Shown: positions 24,010 through 34,206 of the stretch, in pieces
How positions within the stretch are numbered: the first letter of the stretch is position 1
Layout of the letters: each line of letters starts with the position of its first letter
Assembly (NCBI GenBank): GCA_963830745.1
Contig: CAWHNL010000017.1
Coordinates: 115,764 to 179,763 of the forward strand
From: an uncultured Gammaproteobacteria bacterium
GTDB lineage: Bacteria; Pseudomonadota; Gammaproteobacteria; Steroidobacterales; Steroidobacteraceae
Reading direction: 5' to 3'
DNA: 64,000 nt
Program-made: the position numbers and the translations under genes
The notes under the pieces: model-generated
Told to the model about the DNA's origin: nothing
The model's database searches: none
Seen by the model: only the letters and a program-made list of their open reading frames with translations

Positions 24010-24155
24010 GGTCGCACCCGGGCGAAATCAAATGCGGTGCGACAGTAGACCAGCGCCCGCTGGGATCTTCAAGGCGCGCTTCGAGCGACCGGACGCGTCC
24101 GGTACAATGGCGCGCAACTCGCCAGTGGCGCATTCAGTGGGCACAGGACCACGCC

Positions 24156-24455
24156 ATGCAGGAAACCGACAATCCTTTCAGCGAAGCGTTCGGCAAGGCC
24201 GTCGATCTCGGTAACAGGATCGCCGACACCGACGACAAGGCGGACATCTGGGACATCGCCGACGGCCTGCTCGCGGGCGCCGTGCAGTATTGGCTGTACT
24301 CGCGCCAGCCGTGCTCCGATCCCGAGTGCGAAGAGTGCGTGCCGATCAGCACCGCCGAAGGACGCATCGAGGAGCTGCGCAAGCTGATGCGCCAGTTCGC
24401 CGAAGAGAGCGAATACTTCCACTCGCCGACCGATCGCAACGTCGGCCGCGCGTGA
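24156..24455 (+). CDS. Hypothetical protein with Cys motif (99 aa)
   Basis: Intact ORF with AGGA RBS and protein-like composition; QPCSDPECEECVP. Confidence 0.75.
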   Translation: MQETDNPFSEAFGKAVDLGNRIADTDDKADIWDIADGLLAGAVQYWLYSRQPCSDPECEECVPISTAEGRIEELRKLMRQFAEESEYFHSPTDRNVGRA

Positions 24456-24615
24456 TGCAAGCGGGTCAGGCTCCGCACCTGGCTCGAATGTCAACGTCGC
24501 CGCGTGCGAAATTTTCGCGCGAAATTTTTCTGCGCTGCTACGCGCTTGATCCGTAAGGCTGCGTAAAAGCAACGCCTGCGCGCGGACGCGTTTTGCGATC
24601 CAGCGCACACCGCGC

Positions 24616-25026
24616 TTGAGTGCGACGCGCTCCACACTTTGCCCCGTCGATGACCTCGACGCCGAGTCGCGGAGGCATCGCACAGTGGGAATGTTGAAGA
24701 ATCTCAAGCTGCGCCATCGCGCCTACGAGTGCGCGTACAACTCGTTTCGTTTTGCCGCGCGTCTGCGCGGCGACCTGAGCGAGTTCGCGCCGTCGATCGC
24801 CGAGACACTGCAGAGTGTCGGCGACGAGCTCGCAGCGTTGGCGCGCGACAGCTGCCCGAACGAGAGCGAGCGCCGTCAGTTGATCGATGGATTGGAAGGC
24901 GCGCTGCGTGCGCTCGGACTGTCCGATGCCGCGCAGGTCCACATCGTCTCGCAGCTCGCGCCGCGCATCATGGCCGGCGAGCCGGCGAGCGCCAGCAAGG
25001 AAGCGTGGACACGGATGGCGGTCTGA
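24616..25026 (+). CDS. Hypothetical helical protein
   Basis: Intact ORF with typical codon usage; start could be ATG 24691. Confidence 0.65.
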   Translation: MSATRSTLCPVDDLDAESRRHRTVGMLKNLKLRHRAYECAYNSFRFAARLRGDLSEFAPSIAETLQSVGDELAALARDSCPNESERRQLIDGLEGALRALGLSDAAQVHIVSQLAPRIMAGEPASASKEAWTRMAV

Positions 25027-25202
25027 GTTGAACGCAAGCTCGATTTACGGATGCATCGGCAGCGTTTCACGGCACCGTTTCGCGCGCGTACGACATAACC
25101 TCAAATTCCCTACAGACTGCGACTTGTCGCCAAATCAAGTGTCGGCTGAAAGCGACCAAACCGCTTGACTTATCCCCGCTACGAAGCGGATTATCAAACC
25201 GT

Positions 25203-25287
25203 TCCAAGGGCAAACTCGCCGAAAGGCGAGGACGCAAAGCTTCCGGTCTAACGGATTCATTTCCTAAGACAGCGGGGTTGCCACGGA
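25203..25287 (+). ncRNA. c-di-GMP-I (GEMM-I) riboswitch aptamer
   Basis: AGGGCAAAC-TCGCC-GAAA-GGCGA-GGACGCAAAGC-TTCCGG-TCTAA...GACAGCGGGGTTGCC matches the class I consensus (GNRA tetraloop, receptor, P1 closure). Confidence 0.93.
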
Positions 25288-25483
25288 GCCGCGATTCGAT
25301 CGCGGCAGCGGATTCGCCATCGGCCCACGTTCGAAGTGACGCCGATAGCAAAGAGAAACGCGAAACCGTCCGTGACTGAGCGCGATGCGCATCGAAGCGC
25401 GCTCCCTCCCCCACCGAAATGAGTGCCGTCGGGCCGCGATCGCGCGCCTTCGTCGATTTGCATTCGGGCATGGGGAAGAAGAC

Positions 25484-27602
25484 GTGGAAAAGAGCACCAG
25501 CAACGCTCAGCTAGCCGTGACGCCGCCGCTTGCGCCCATCGCAACGGCGAGCGGCACCGGCTCGGCCCTGTTCGTCATCAATCTGTGCGCGTCGATCGCG
25601 CCGGTGCGACTCGACGGCAACAACATCCCCGGGCTGGAAAACTATCGTCTCTATCAAGTGGCGCGCGTCGAGGACGGCCGCACGCGCCATCGCCTGCGCC
25701 TCGGCTTCTTCACGAGCGAATCGCACGCCGAAAGCGTGCTCACCGTCGTGCGCCAGCAGTATCCGACTGCATTCACTGCGTGCCTGTGCGAAGAGGATCG
25801 CCGGTTCGCGCGCGGCTACCTGCCGGAAACGCGCTGCCGCTCACGCCCGGTGCCGAGTGCCGATGCACCGCGCCGCCGCTGCATCGAAGCCCGCTGCTCA
25901 GCCGAAGCCTGCTGCTGCTCCGCCGAAGCCTGCGCCGCTCCCGCAGCGACGTCGAAGCAACGCGCCGGCGAAGCAAGCGCCCGCCGCAGCGAAGACGCTC
26001 GCTGCGGCCGCAACCCGAAATCATCGAGCTGACCTGGGAACCGGAGACGCCGGCAGCGACCGGCAGCCGAAAGCTGCGAGCCCGGCAGCCCGCGACGAAG
26101 TCCGGCGGTCGGCACCGACCGAAGGTCTCGACGAATTCACCTGGGAGCCGCCGTCGCTGACGCCGGCAGCCGATGCGGCCATCGCGAAGACGCGATGCCA
26201 CCGGCATCCTGAAGGCGCCGGCGCCGAAGGCCCCGGAGAAGGCCACGTCCGATACGGCAAGACATCCCGCGCTGAAGCTCGCAGCGAAGGCGCCCCGCTG
26301 CCGGTGGCCGCCAAGCCGACGCTGCGAAGCCCGTGGACGCGAAGCCCGCCACGCCGGTCGTGCCGAAAGCGCGACGCCTGTCGCGGCGAAGCCCGCCGCA
26401 AGCCTGCTGCCCCGGCGCCGACACCGCGAGCAAGCCGGACACGGCGAGCAGCATGCGTGTGCGTGCGCCAGCGCTCACGTTCTCCGATCCGCCGCCCGCG
26501 CCGGCGAAGCTCAACGCACGGCGCCGTCCGCGCCGTTCCACGTCGGCAAGGGCGTCGGAGTTCAAAGACATCTGGCATCCGCCTCGAGGCCGAGCCCGCC
26601 GCGAAGGCGGCCGCTGCCGCGCCGACGCATGCGCCTCCGGCTCGACGCCAAGCCGAAGATCGGCAACGCAGCGCCGCTCGCACGAAGCCGAGCGCGACGC
26701 CCGCGCCGAAGGTCGCCGGAAGATCCGTAAACGTCGCGCGAAGCCTGCTCACACGCCGGCTGCGCCGCTCATGACGGCCAAGCCGGCTGCGCCCGCGATG
26801 CCGCCGCCGATCCGCATCACGGGCAGCTCGACCGCCCCGCCGCCCGAGCTCGACAGCACGCAGACCATCCGCGCGCTGACGAGCGCGGAGATGGAAGACG
26901 CGCAGCAGGAGAAATGGTTCGCGGTGCAGCTCGCCGTCTCCGATCAGCCGGTGAATCTCGACGCGATGCCGCGCCTCGACATCTTCGAGGCGTATCGCCT
27001 GTACTCCGTCGCGACCGCCGGCAGCGGCAAGATCGTGCACTCGCTGCGCCTCGGCTTCTTCAAGGAAGCCGTGTCCGCCGAAGCGGTGATGGGCTACCTG
27101 CAGACGTTCTTCGGCTCGCCCTCGGTCATGCGCGTCAGCGTCGCCGAGCACGCGCGCTTCAAGGATGCGCCGTCGACGAAGAAGCCGCGCGCAGCCCGCC
27201 GCACGAAGCGAAGGTCGTCGAGCTGAACAATGCGCGCGCCGCGCGTCCGGTCGATTCCGACCGTGACGATGGAAGTGGCGCTCGGGCGTCGGACACCGCG
27301 GCGACCGGCTCGTTCAAGGCCGCTCGACACCGGCTCGTTCAAGACCAGCGCGACCGGCACGCACAAGGCGCTGAAGAGCGCGGCGAAGTCGGCCGGGCCG
27401 AGCACCAAGAGCGCGCCGCGTCCAGCCAGCAAGCCGGGCAACACGCGGCAGGCACAAGACGCTGCCGCCGATCGAGAAGAAGAGCCTCGCGGAGCAGCTG
27501 CTCGACGAGGCGCGCGAAGTCGAGCTGTCGGAGAGCGGCATCCGCAAGCTGCCGAAGAACGATTCGCTCCTGTCGCGCATGCTCGGCAAGCTCACGAAGT
27601 AG
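25484..27602 (+). CDS. Uncharacterised protein: two SPOR-like domains separated by a Pro/Ala/Lys-rich linker (heavily frameshifted)
   Basis: Domain 1 FVINL...YRLYQV...HRLRLGFFTSESHAESV; domain 2 FAVQL...YRLYSV...HSLRLGFFKEAVSAEAV; C-terminal SLLSRMLGKLTK*. Confidence 0.7.
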
Positions 27603-27668
27603 CGCGCGCTCCACGTTGCACTGGATACTCCTGCACCAGGCGAATCAGCCTGGTGCCGGAGTGCGTGC

Positions 27669-28153
27669 GTGGAATTCCAGACTGCCGATCTGTGCGATCG
27701 CTTCGCCGCCGAGCTGCAGATCGGCGAGCCCCTGTTTCGCGACTACGGCGGGCGAGCTGCGCTTCGCCGGGCCGATCGCCACGATCAAGTGCTTCGAAGA
27801 CAACTCGCGCGTGCGCGATCTCACCGCCGAGGCCGGGCCAGCGGACGCGTGCTCGTGATCGATGCCGGCGGCTCGATGCGCCGCGCGGTGCTCGGCGACA
27901 TGCTCGCGCAGCAGGCGGTCGACAACGGCTGGAGCGGCGTCGTGGTGTACGGATGCATTCGCGACGCATTCGCGATTGCACAGCTGCCGCTCGGCGTGAA
28001 GGCGCTCGGCACCTGTCCGCTGCAAGACCGACAAGCGCGGCGAAGGCCAGCGCGACGTGCCGGTGCGCTTCGCGGGTGTGAACTTTCGTCAGGGTGACTG
28101 GCTGTATGCCGACGAGGACGGCCTGATCGTCGCGCCGCGCACGCTGACTCTGA
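27669..28153 (+). CDS. rraA: Ribonuclease E activity regulator / HMG aldolase RraA family
   Basis: TADLCD...FRDYGG..F.GPIATIKCFEDNS, VLVIDAGGSMRRAVLGD, GCIRD, WLYADEDG. Confidence 0.92.
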
Positions 28154-28251
28154 CGCTATGCGCGACCATTTACGGCGTTTTCAGTCGGCGTTTATCATGC
28201 GCGCCGTACCTTACCCTCCCCTTCAGCTCGACCGCGAGACGAGGACCGATC

Positions 28252-28601
28252 ATGAGTGACCGCCGCTACGATCGTCGTACAGTTCTGAAGAGCGCATTGG
28301 CAGGGCTCGCCGCGTTGCCCGCCGCCGGCCTGGTGCAAAGCGCCGCGCGCAGGGCTCGCCGCCGCACCTGGACGAGAAGGATCCGCTCGCGGTCGCGATG
28401 GGCTACGTGCACGACGCGAAGAAGGTCGACCCGAACAAGGTGCCGCAGTACAAGAAGGGCGCGCATTGCGCGAATTGCCTGCAGCTGACGGGCAAGGAAG
28501 GCGACGAATGGCGCCCGTGCAACATCTTCCCCGGCAAGCTCGTCAACGCGAACGGCTGGTGCAAGGTGTGGGTCGTGAAGCCCGGCGCGAAGGTCGGCTG
28601 A
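28252..28601 (+). CDS. High-potential iron-sulfur protein (HiPIP), Tat-exported
   Basis: Tat motif DRRTVLK; LDEKDPLAVAMGY; CANC...C.IFPGK.VNANGWC.VW; one frameshift. Confidence 0.92.
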
Positions 28602-28605
28602 CCTT

Positions 28606-29206
28606 TCACGTCCTTCGCTTTCGCCGGATCGCCCTTCGGCAGCACGTCTTTCGCCCACTCGTAACGTTTCCACGCCGGCACCGGCGTGGGAACGTCGGCG
28701 CGCGGCACGAACTTCGAGCGCTCCACGAGCTGATACTTGTGGATGTAGCGCGGGCAGTTCGGAAACACTTCGCGCACCGTCACTCTCACGATGAACTGCG
28801 CCTGCGGATACGCGGCTCGACCGCCGTCGGCCGGCTCGATCGACGCCGTGCCGTTCACGCGGATGCGCTTGCCCGCTTCGAAGTCGATGAACAGCAGGCC
28901 GACGTGCGGATTCATGCGCGCGTTGCCGAACGACAGGAACATGCCGTTGCCGTCGTAGTTCGGGAACACGATCGTGCTCTCGTCCAGCACGCGCACGAAG
29001 CCGGGATCGCCGCCCTTGTACGAGCAGTTCGGCCGGCCTTCCGCGTCCGCGGTCGCGAGGAAGAACATGTCGCGGCGCTCGATGAAGTCGCGATCCTCCG
29101 GCGTGATGCGCGTGTGATACGTCACCTGCTCGAGGCGGTCCGCGAGCCGCTCGGTGTCGAACTGCCGCTGCAGCTCGCGGTGCGCTTCTTGGTAGAGACG
29201 TGACAT
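28606..29206 (-). CDS. Pyridoxamine 5'-phosphate oxidase-like FMN-binding protein
   Basis: FFLATADAEGRPNCSYKGG.PGFV, PNYDGNGMF, VGLLFIDF, NCPRYI; stop approximate. Confidence 0.85.
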
Positions 29207-29234
29207 GGTGCGCTCCGCCGAAATCGTGTCGCCC

Positions 29235-30318
29235 TCAGAGCCTGAGGCGCTCGCCGTAGCCGGTCAGCTCGAGATAGCCGCGGCCGATCGCGCGGCCGCG
29301 CTCGTCGAACGCGCGCACTGCGCCTTCCCAGTAGAGCGTTCCGGTGCTCCCGCGCGCATCGTTCTCCTGATCGTCCATCAACGGACGCAGCGTCATCGTG
29401 CGCTCGCCGATCGCGATTTTCCATTCGACGGGATAGGTGACGCCCGTGCGCGGCGAGCGCCAGCGACGCAGCGGCGACCACGCGATCTCGTCCGGCGCGT
29501 AAGCCGCGGTCGCGGTCGCCCGGCGTCGCGCAGCGTCGCGCCGCCCCAGTGCTCGCTGCCCGGCGTCGTCGCGCATGCGCTGAACCATCAGCGCGCCGCC
29601 GTCGTCGAGATTCAGGCCGATCCAGTCCCAGCCGCGCGCGCGTCTCGTCGAACATGCCGCTCGACCATTCATGGTCGAACCACGCGACACCGCGCACGCG
29701 ATGCTCGCGACCGCCGATCGCGATGCGGCCGCTCGTCTGCAGTTGCGGCAGGCTGTAGTAGTAGCTCGCGAACTGCGGCTGCGGACCCTTCTGGCTGAAG
29801 CCGTTCTTGCCGTTGCAGCAGCGGCGGCTGCGTGCCGATGCATTCCAGCTCGCAGCGCGAACTCGCTCGTCGCAGCCACTGCGAGGTAGCGCTCGCCCTC
29901 CTCGCGCAGCGACCAGTCGTCGATCTGCACCGCGAGCGAGCCTTCCGCCGCCTCGGCCAGCCCGAATCCCGCACGCGCCGACTTCTCGCCGCGCAGCAGC
30001 GCACCGCGCCGCGGATCGCTGACCGCTGCGTGCGCGAACAGCACCTGCCGCGCGACGAAGCGCGACGGATTGTCTTCGTCGATGCCGGGCCGATTGCGGA
30101 AGAACGTGATCTGGAAGCCGAGCGGCTCGCCGCTCGTCGCTTTCCAGCCAGCCGGTGAGGTACCACCACTCGGTGCGGAACTGCGGGTGGCTGCCTTCGT
30201 CGCGCGGCAGCTCGATGGAGTAGCCCGGCACGACCGCGGGAAACTCGGCATCGGCAGCAGTCGGCGCCGCGCTCACGACGAGCAGCAGCGCCAGCAACGC
30301 ATGCGCGACGCGCCTCAC
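29235..30318 (-). CDS. AttH/CrtC-like lipocalin-fold secreted protein
   Basis: HPQFRTEWWYLTGWL, GFQITFFR, SYYYS.PQL, WFDHEWSS, GWDW.G.NL, YWEGAV, GYLELTGY. Confidence 0.88.
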
Positions 30319-32838
30319 CAATCCTCCTTCACGGCCTTGCACGACGTCGGCACTCATCGCCTGCCGACCGCTGATGACCGCGATGCCCGCCGCCGCCGCG
30401 ATCAGCACAGCGCTCAGCGAAGTCAGCAGCCAGCCGGGCGCGGCAAGATCCATGCTCCAATGGAAGGACTGTCGATTCACGACGTAGATCAGAATCAAGC
30501 CCACGACACCGCCGGTGAGCAGGCCGATCGAGCACGCCGACGGCACCGAGCACCGCGCCTTCGATCGCCAGCATCGTCGCGATCTGCGCGCGCGTGAATC
30601 CGAGGTGCCGCAGCACGCCGAACTCGCCGCGCCGCGCCAGCACCTGCGCACTGATGCCCGCCGCGATGCCGAACAGTCCGATCAGCACGGCGACCAGCTC
30701 GAGCAGATAGGTGATCGCGAACGTGCGATCGAACGCCTGCAGCGACAGGCGGCGCAGATCCGGCGGCGTGCGCAGGTCGTACTGCGTCGCCGGCAGCAGA
30801 TCGCGAATCGCGTTCTCGAGCGCGTCGGAGTCCGCGCCCGGCTGCAAGCCACAAGCTCACGGTATTGATGCCGGTGTCGCCGGTCATGCGCACGTAGTCG
30901 GCGCTGCCGATCACGACGGCGCCGTTCTGATGCTCGTAGTCGCGCCAGATGCCGGCGACGAAGGCGCTGACGGCGCTGCCCGCCGACGGACAGCTCGAAC
31001 GTGTCGCCGGCGCGAATGCCGAAGAGATCCGCAGCGGCTTCGCTGACCCAAGCCGGCGTCAGCGTCGGTGCGCGACTGCGATTCGCGCGGTGTCGGTCAT
31101 CCACAGCGTGCTCGCGATCGGCATGTGATCCGCGCTGCGCGCGATCAGCGTCAGCGGCTGTGAGCTCTGCGCGAGTTGTGCGCGGGCGAAGCGACTGCGT
31201 CTCGAAGTGCGCGACGCCGGGCAAATGGCCGATACGCTGCACCGTGCGCGCATCGAGATGCGCCGACTGGCCGACATACCCGAGGCGCACGTACACGTCG
31301 GCGGGCAGGATGCGCTGCGTCCATTGGTCGAGCGAAGTGCGGAACGACGTCACCATGATCGCCATCGACACCATGAGACTGAAGCTCACGAGAATCGCCG
31401 ACACGCTGAGCGTCGCGTAGCGCGCCGTGCCGGCGATCTGCGCGATCGCGACCTGATACGGAATCGCGCGTGCGAACGGCGCGTGACGCAGCGCTATGCG
31501 GACGATCGACGGCATCGCGATGACGGCGCCGATCAGCAACAGCGCGATTGCGACGAAGCCCGGCAGCGGCAGGCCGGCGATCGGCGGCAGCAGCAGCACC
31601 GCGGCGGCGAGCAGCAACAGCACCGCGACGAGGCGACCATGCGTGCGCAGCTCGCCACTCGTCACGTCGCCCGCTTTCAGTGCAGCTCGCCGTCGGCACG
31701 CGCGCAGCTTCGATCGCCGGGCGCAGCGCGCCGACGATCGCAACCAGCACGCCGAGCACGCAGAACGCAGCGATTTCCCAGCCACGCACTTCGAGCTCGG
31801 CCGCAAGCCCGCGAAAGTAGCCGGCGCCGAGATCGCCGCCGATCGCGTCGAGTCCGACGCGCGCCGCGACGATGCCCGAGCATCACGCCGAGCACCGCGC
31901 CGCACGTACCGATGATCGCGCTGCCCGCGAGCACGAGCGCGAGCTGCTGGCCGCGAGTGACGCCGAGCGCATGCAGCACAGCGAACTCGCGCCGGCGCCG
32001 CAACGTCGCCAGCGACTGCGTCGAGTAGACGAAGAAGCCGCCGGTGAACAGCGCCACCAGCGCGAGCGCCGTGAGATTCGATCGATAGGCGCGCGACAAG
32101 CGCAGCGCTTCGTTGCTCGCCTCGCCCGGCGTAGTGACCCTCGCATCCGGCGGCAGCAGCGCCGCGATATCCGCGCGCACTCGCTCGGCTCGCGCGCCGC
32201 TCGCGAGCCGCACGTTGATGCGCGACAGCTTGCCGAGGCGGCCGAACTTCCATTGCGCGGCGGCGATATCCATCACGCCGGCGCGATCCTCGAGCCCGGC
32301 CTGCGGCAGCACGCCGGCGACCCGCAGCTGCTGCGTCTGCTCGCCGACCTGGATTTCGAGAACGTCGCCGCGTGTCACGTTGCAGCTCGCGAGCCGCGCT
32401 GGCGCTCAGGAACACCGCCTGCGGATCGAATGCAGCGGCGCTGCTCGGACATCGTTCCGGCGAGCGCTGCGAGCGACGACTGCAGTTGCCGCGAGCGGAA
32501 GGCGTCGACGCCGAGCAGCGTGAGCGAGCCGCGGCGGTCCGCCAGCTTGCCTTCCACTTCCACCACCGGACTCGCGACCGCTACGCCGGGGACCGCGGCG
32601 ACGCGCGGATACAGATTCTCGTCCAGGCCTCGCCGCGCTCTCGATCGCCAGGTCGGCGAGCCCGTACAGGCTGCGCGCAGCAAGCGATACTTCGTCGGCA
32701 GCGGAGCGGTTGATCAGATAGATCGCGAAGCCGAGCGCCACGCCGAGCGCGATCGCAACGACGAGCAGCGCGTTGCGGCCGGGCGAGCGACGCAACGGTC
32801 CGAGCGAGTGCGGCATCGATGAGCGGCCACGCTTGCAT
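30315..32838 (-). CDS. FtsX-like ABC transporter permease (AttG/YbbP-like, duplicated)
   Basis: IALGVALGFAIYLIN, NLTALALVALFTGGFFVY, RRREFAVLHALG, RRGEFGVLRHLG, VNRQSFHWS, AVKEDW*. Confidence 0.88.
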
Positions 32839-32840
32839 GG

Positions 32841-33518
32841 TCAGACCGCCGCGCGCTCGTGCAGCCCCTGCTGCGTCAGACGATAGACGCGATGCGCCGT
32901 TGCAGCTGCGACCTCGGAGTGCGTGACGAGAATGCCTGCGGCGTTGTCGCGCTCGAGCTGCGCGCGCAGCAGCGCGAGCACTTCGGCCGCGGAATCCGCA
33001 TCGAGATTGCCGGTCGGCTCGTCCGCCAGCACCAGGCTCGGCCGATGCGCGAGCGCGCGCGCGATCGCGACGCGCTGCATTTCACCGCCCGACAACTGGT
33101 TCGGCAGATCGTCGCTGCCGATCGAGCATCCCGACTGCAGCGAGCATCTCTTCGACGCGTGCGGCGATCGCCGCGACTCGCCGCGCCGTTGAGCGCGAGC
33201 GGCAGCCCGACGTTGCGAGCGACAGACAGGTGCGGCAGCAGATGGAACGCCTGAAAGATGAATCCCATGCGCGCCCGCCGCAGTCGCGTGCGGCCGGCAT
33301 CGTCGAGCGCGGCCATGTCCTGACCGGCGACGACGATGCGGCCCGAGTCCGGCACGTCGAGCCCGGCGATGAGATTGAGGAGCGTGGACTTGCCGGCGCC
33401 GGACTCGCCCATGACGGCGATGTACTCGCCCGCAGCGAGCTGCAGCGACACGTCGTGCAGCACGACGCGCGGCCGCGCGCCGGCAAACGATTTACTTGAC
33501 GCTCTCGACCGCCAGCAT
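32841..33518 (-). CDS. ABC transporter ATP-binding protein (LolD/AttE-like)
   Basis: GESGAGKST Walker [34 protein letters not shown]. Confidence 0.92.
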
Positions 33519-33527
33519 GCCCCTCGG

Positions 33528-34168
33528 TCAGAACCCGACGGTGACGCCGAGATTCGCCGAGTACTGCAGGAAGAAGTCGCCACTTCGCCTGGATGCGGCA
33601 GGTCAGCCCCGCCGACGGAGACGCAGAAGATGTCGCTGTCGGAGTCGAGCACCGTCCCGAACGCGCGCAAGTCCAGGCGCACGCCGAAGTGCTCCGTGAT
33701 CGGCATCCGCACGCCGCCGGCCATCGTGAACGCGAGCTTCGTTTCATCGTCGAGACCCGCACCGTCCGGGCTGAAGCGCGCCGCGCCGACCGTCATGCCG
33801 AAGTACGGAATGACGTGGGTCGCTTCGGCGTCCGGATAACTGACGGTGCCGCCGAACTGCAGATACTCCACATCCATGTCGAACGGCTCGAATCCGTCGA
33901 CCTCCGTGCTCTGGCGCACATACAGCATCTCGTAGTGCCGCCACCATTCCGCCGCCGCGTCGACGATGAGACCGAAGTTGTTGCCGGCGTCGAGGTCGCG
34001 ATCGCTGCTGTCGGTCGGATCCTCGAACTCGCCGCCGGCCATGTAGCCGACGAACGGCGTGAACTCGAAGTTGTTGTACTGCCTCGGCTCCTCGGCCTGC
34101 GCGGGCGACGACGCCAGACACAGCAGTGCCGCGACCGCGGCCGATCCTGAAAATATCCGGTTTCGCAT
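33528..34168 (-). CDS. Outer-membrane beta-barrel protein (8-strand type)
   Basis: Signal peptide; FEFTPFVGY, PYFGMTVGAARF, FGVRLDLR alternating strands; terminal aromatic GVTVGF*. Confidence 0.8.
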
Positions 34169-34206
34169 CTCGTATACTCCTCGCCACTCGCCGCTACGTT
34201 ATCACG

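Noticed and set aside
25203-25287. c-AMP-GMP-sensing GEMM-Ib variant
   Set aside because: By eye the specificity position in AGGGCAAAC is G, as in the c-di-GMP-binding Vc2 aptamer, not A.
25850-27480. CRISPR or tandem-repeat array in the low-complexity region
   Set aside because: The repeats are short, irregular and coding (Pro/Ala/Lys linker); there is no constant repeat-spacer period and no cas gene.
28403-28605. C-terminal extension of the PNPOx-like ORF overlapping HiPIP on the opposite strand
   Set aside because: Most likely read-through from an indel near the true stop (~28606); the extension is simply the antisense of HiPIP.
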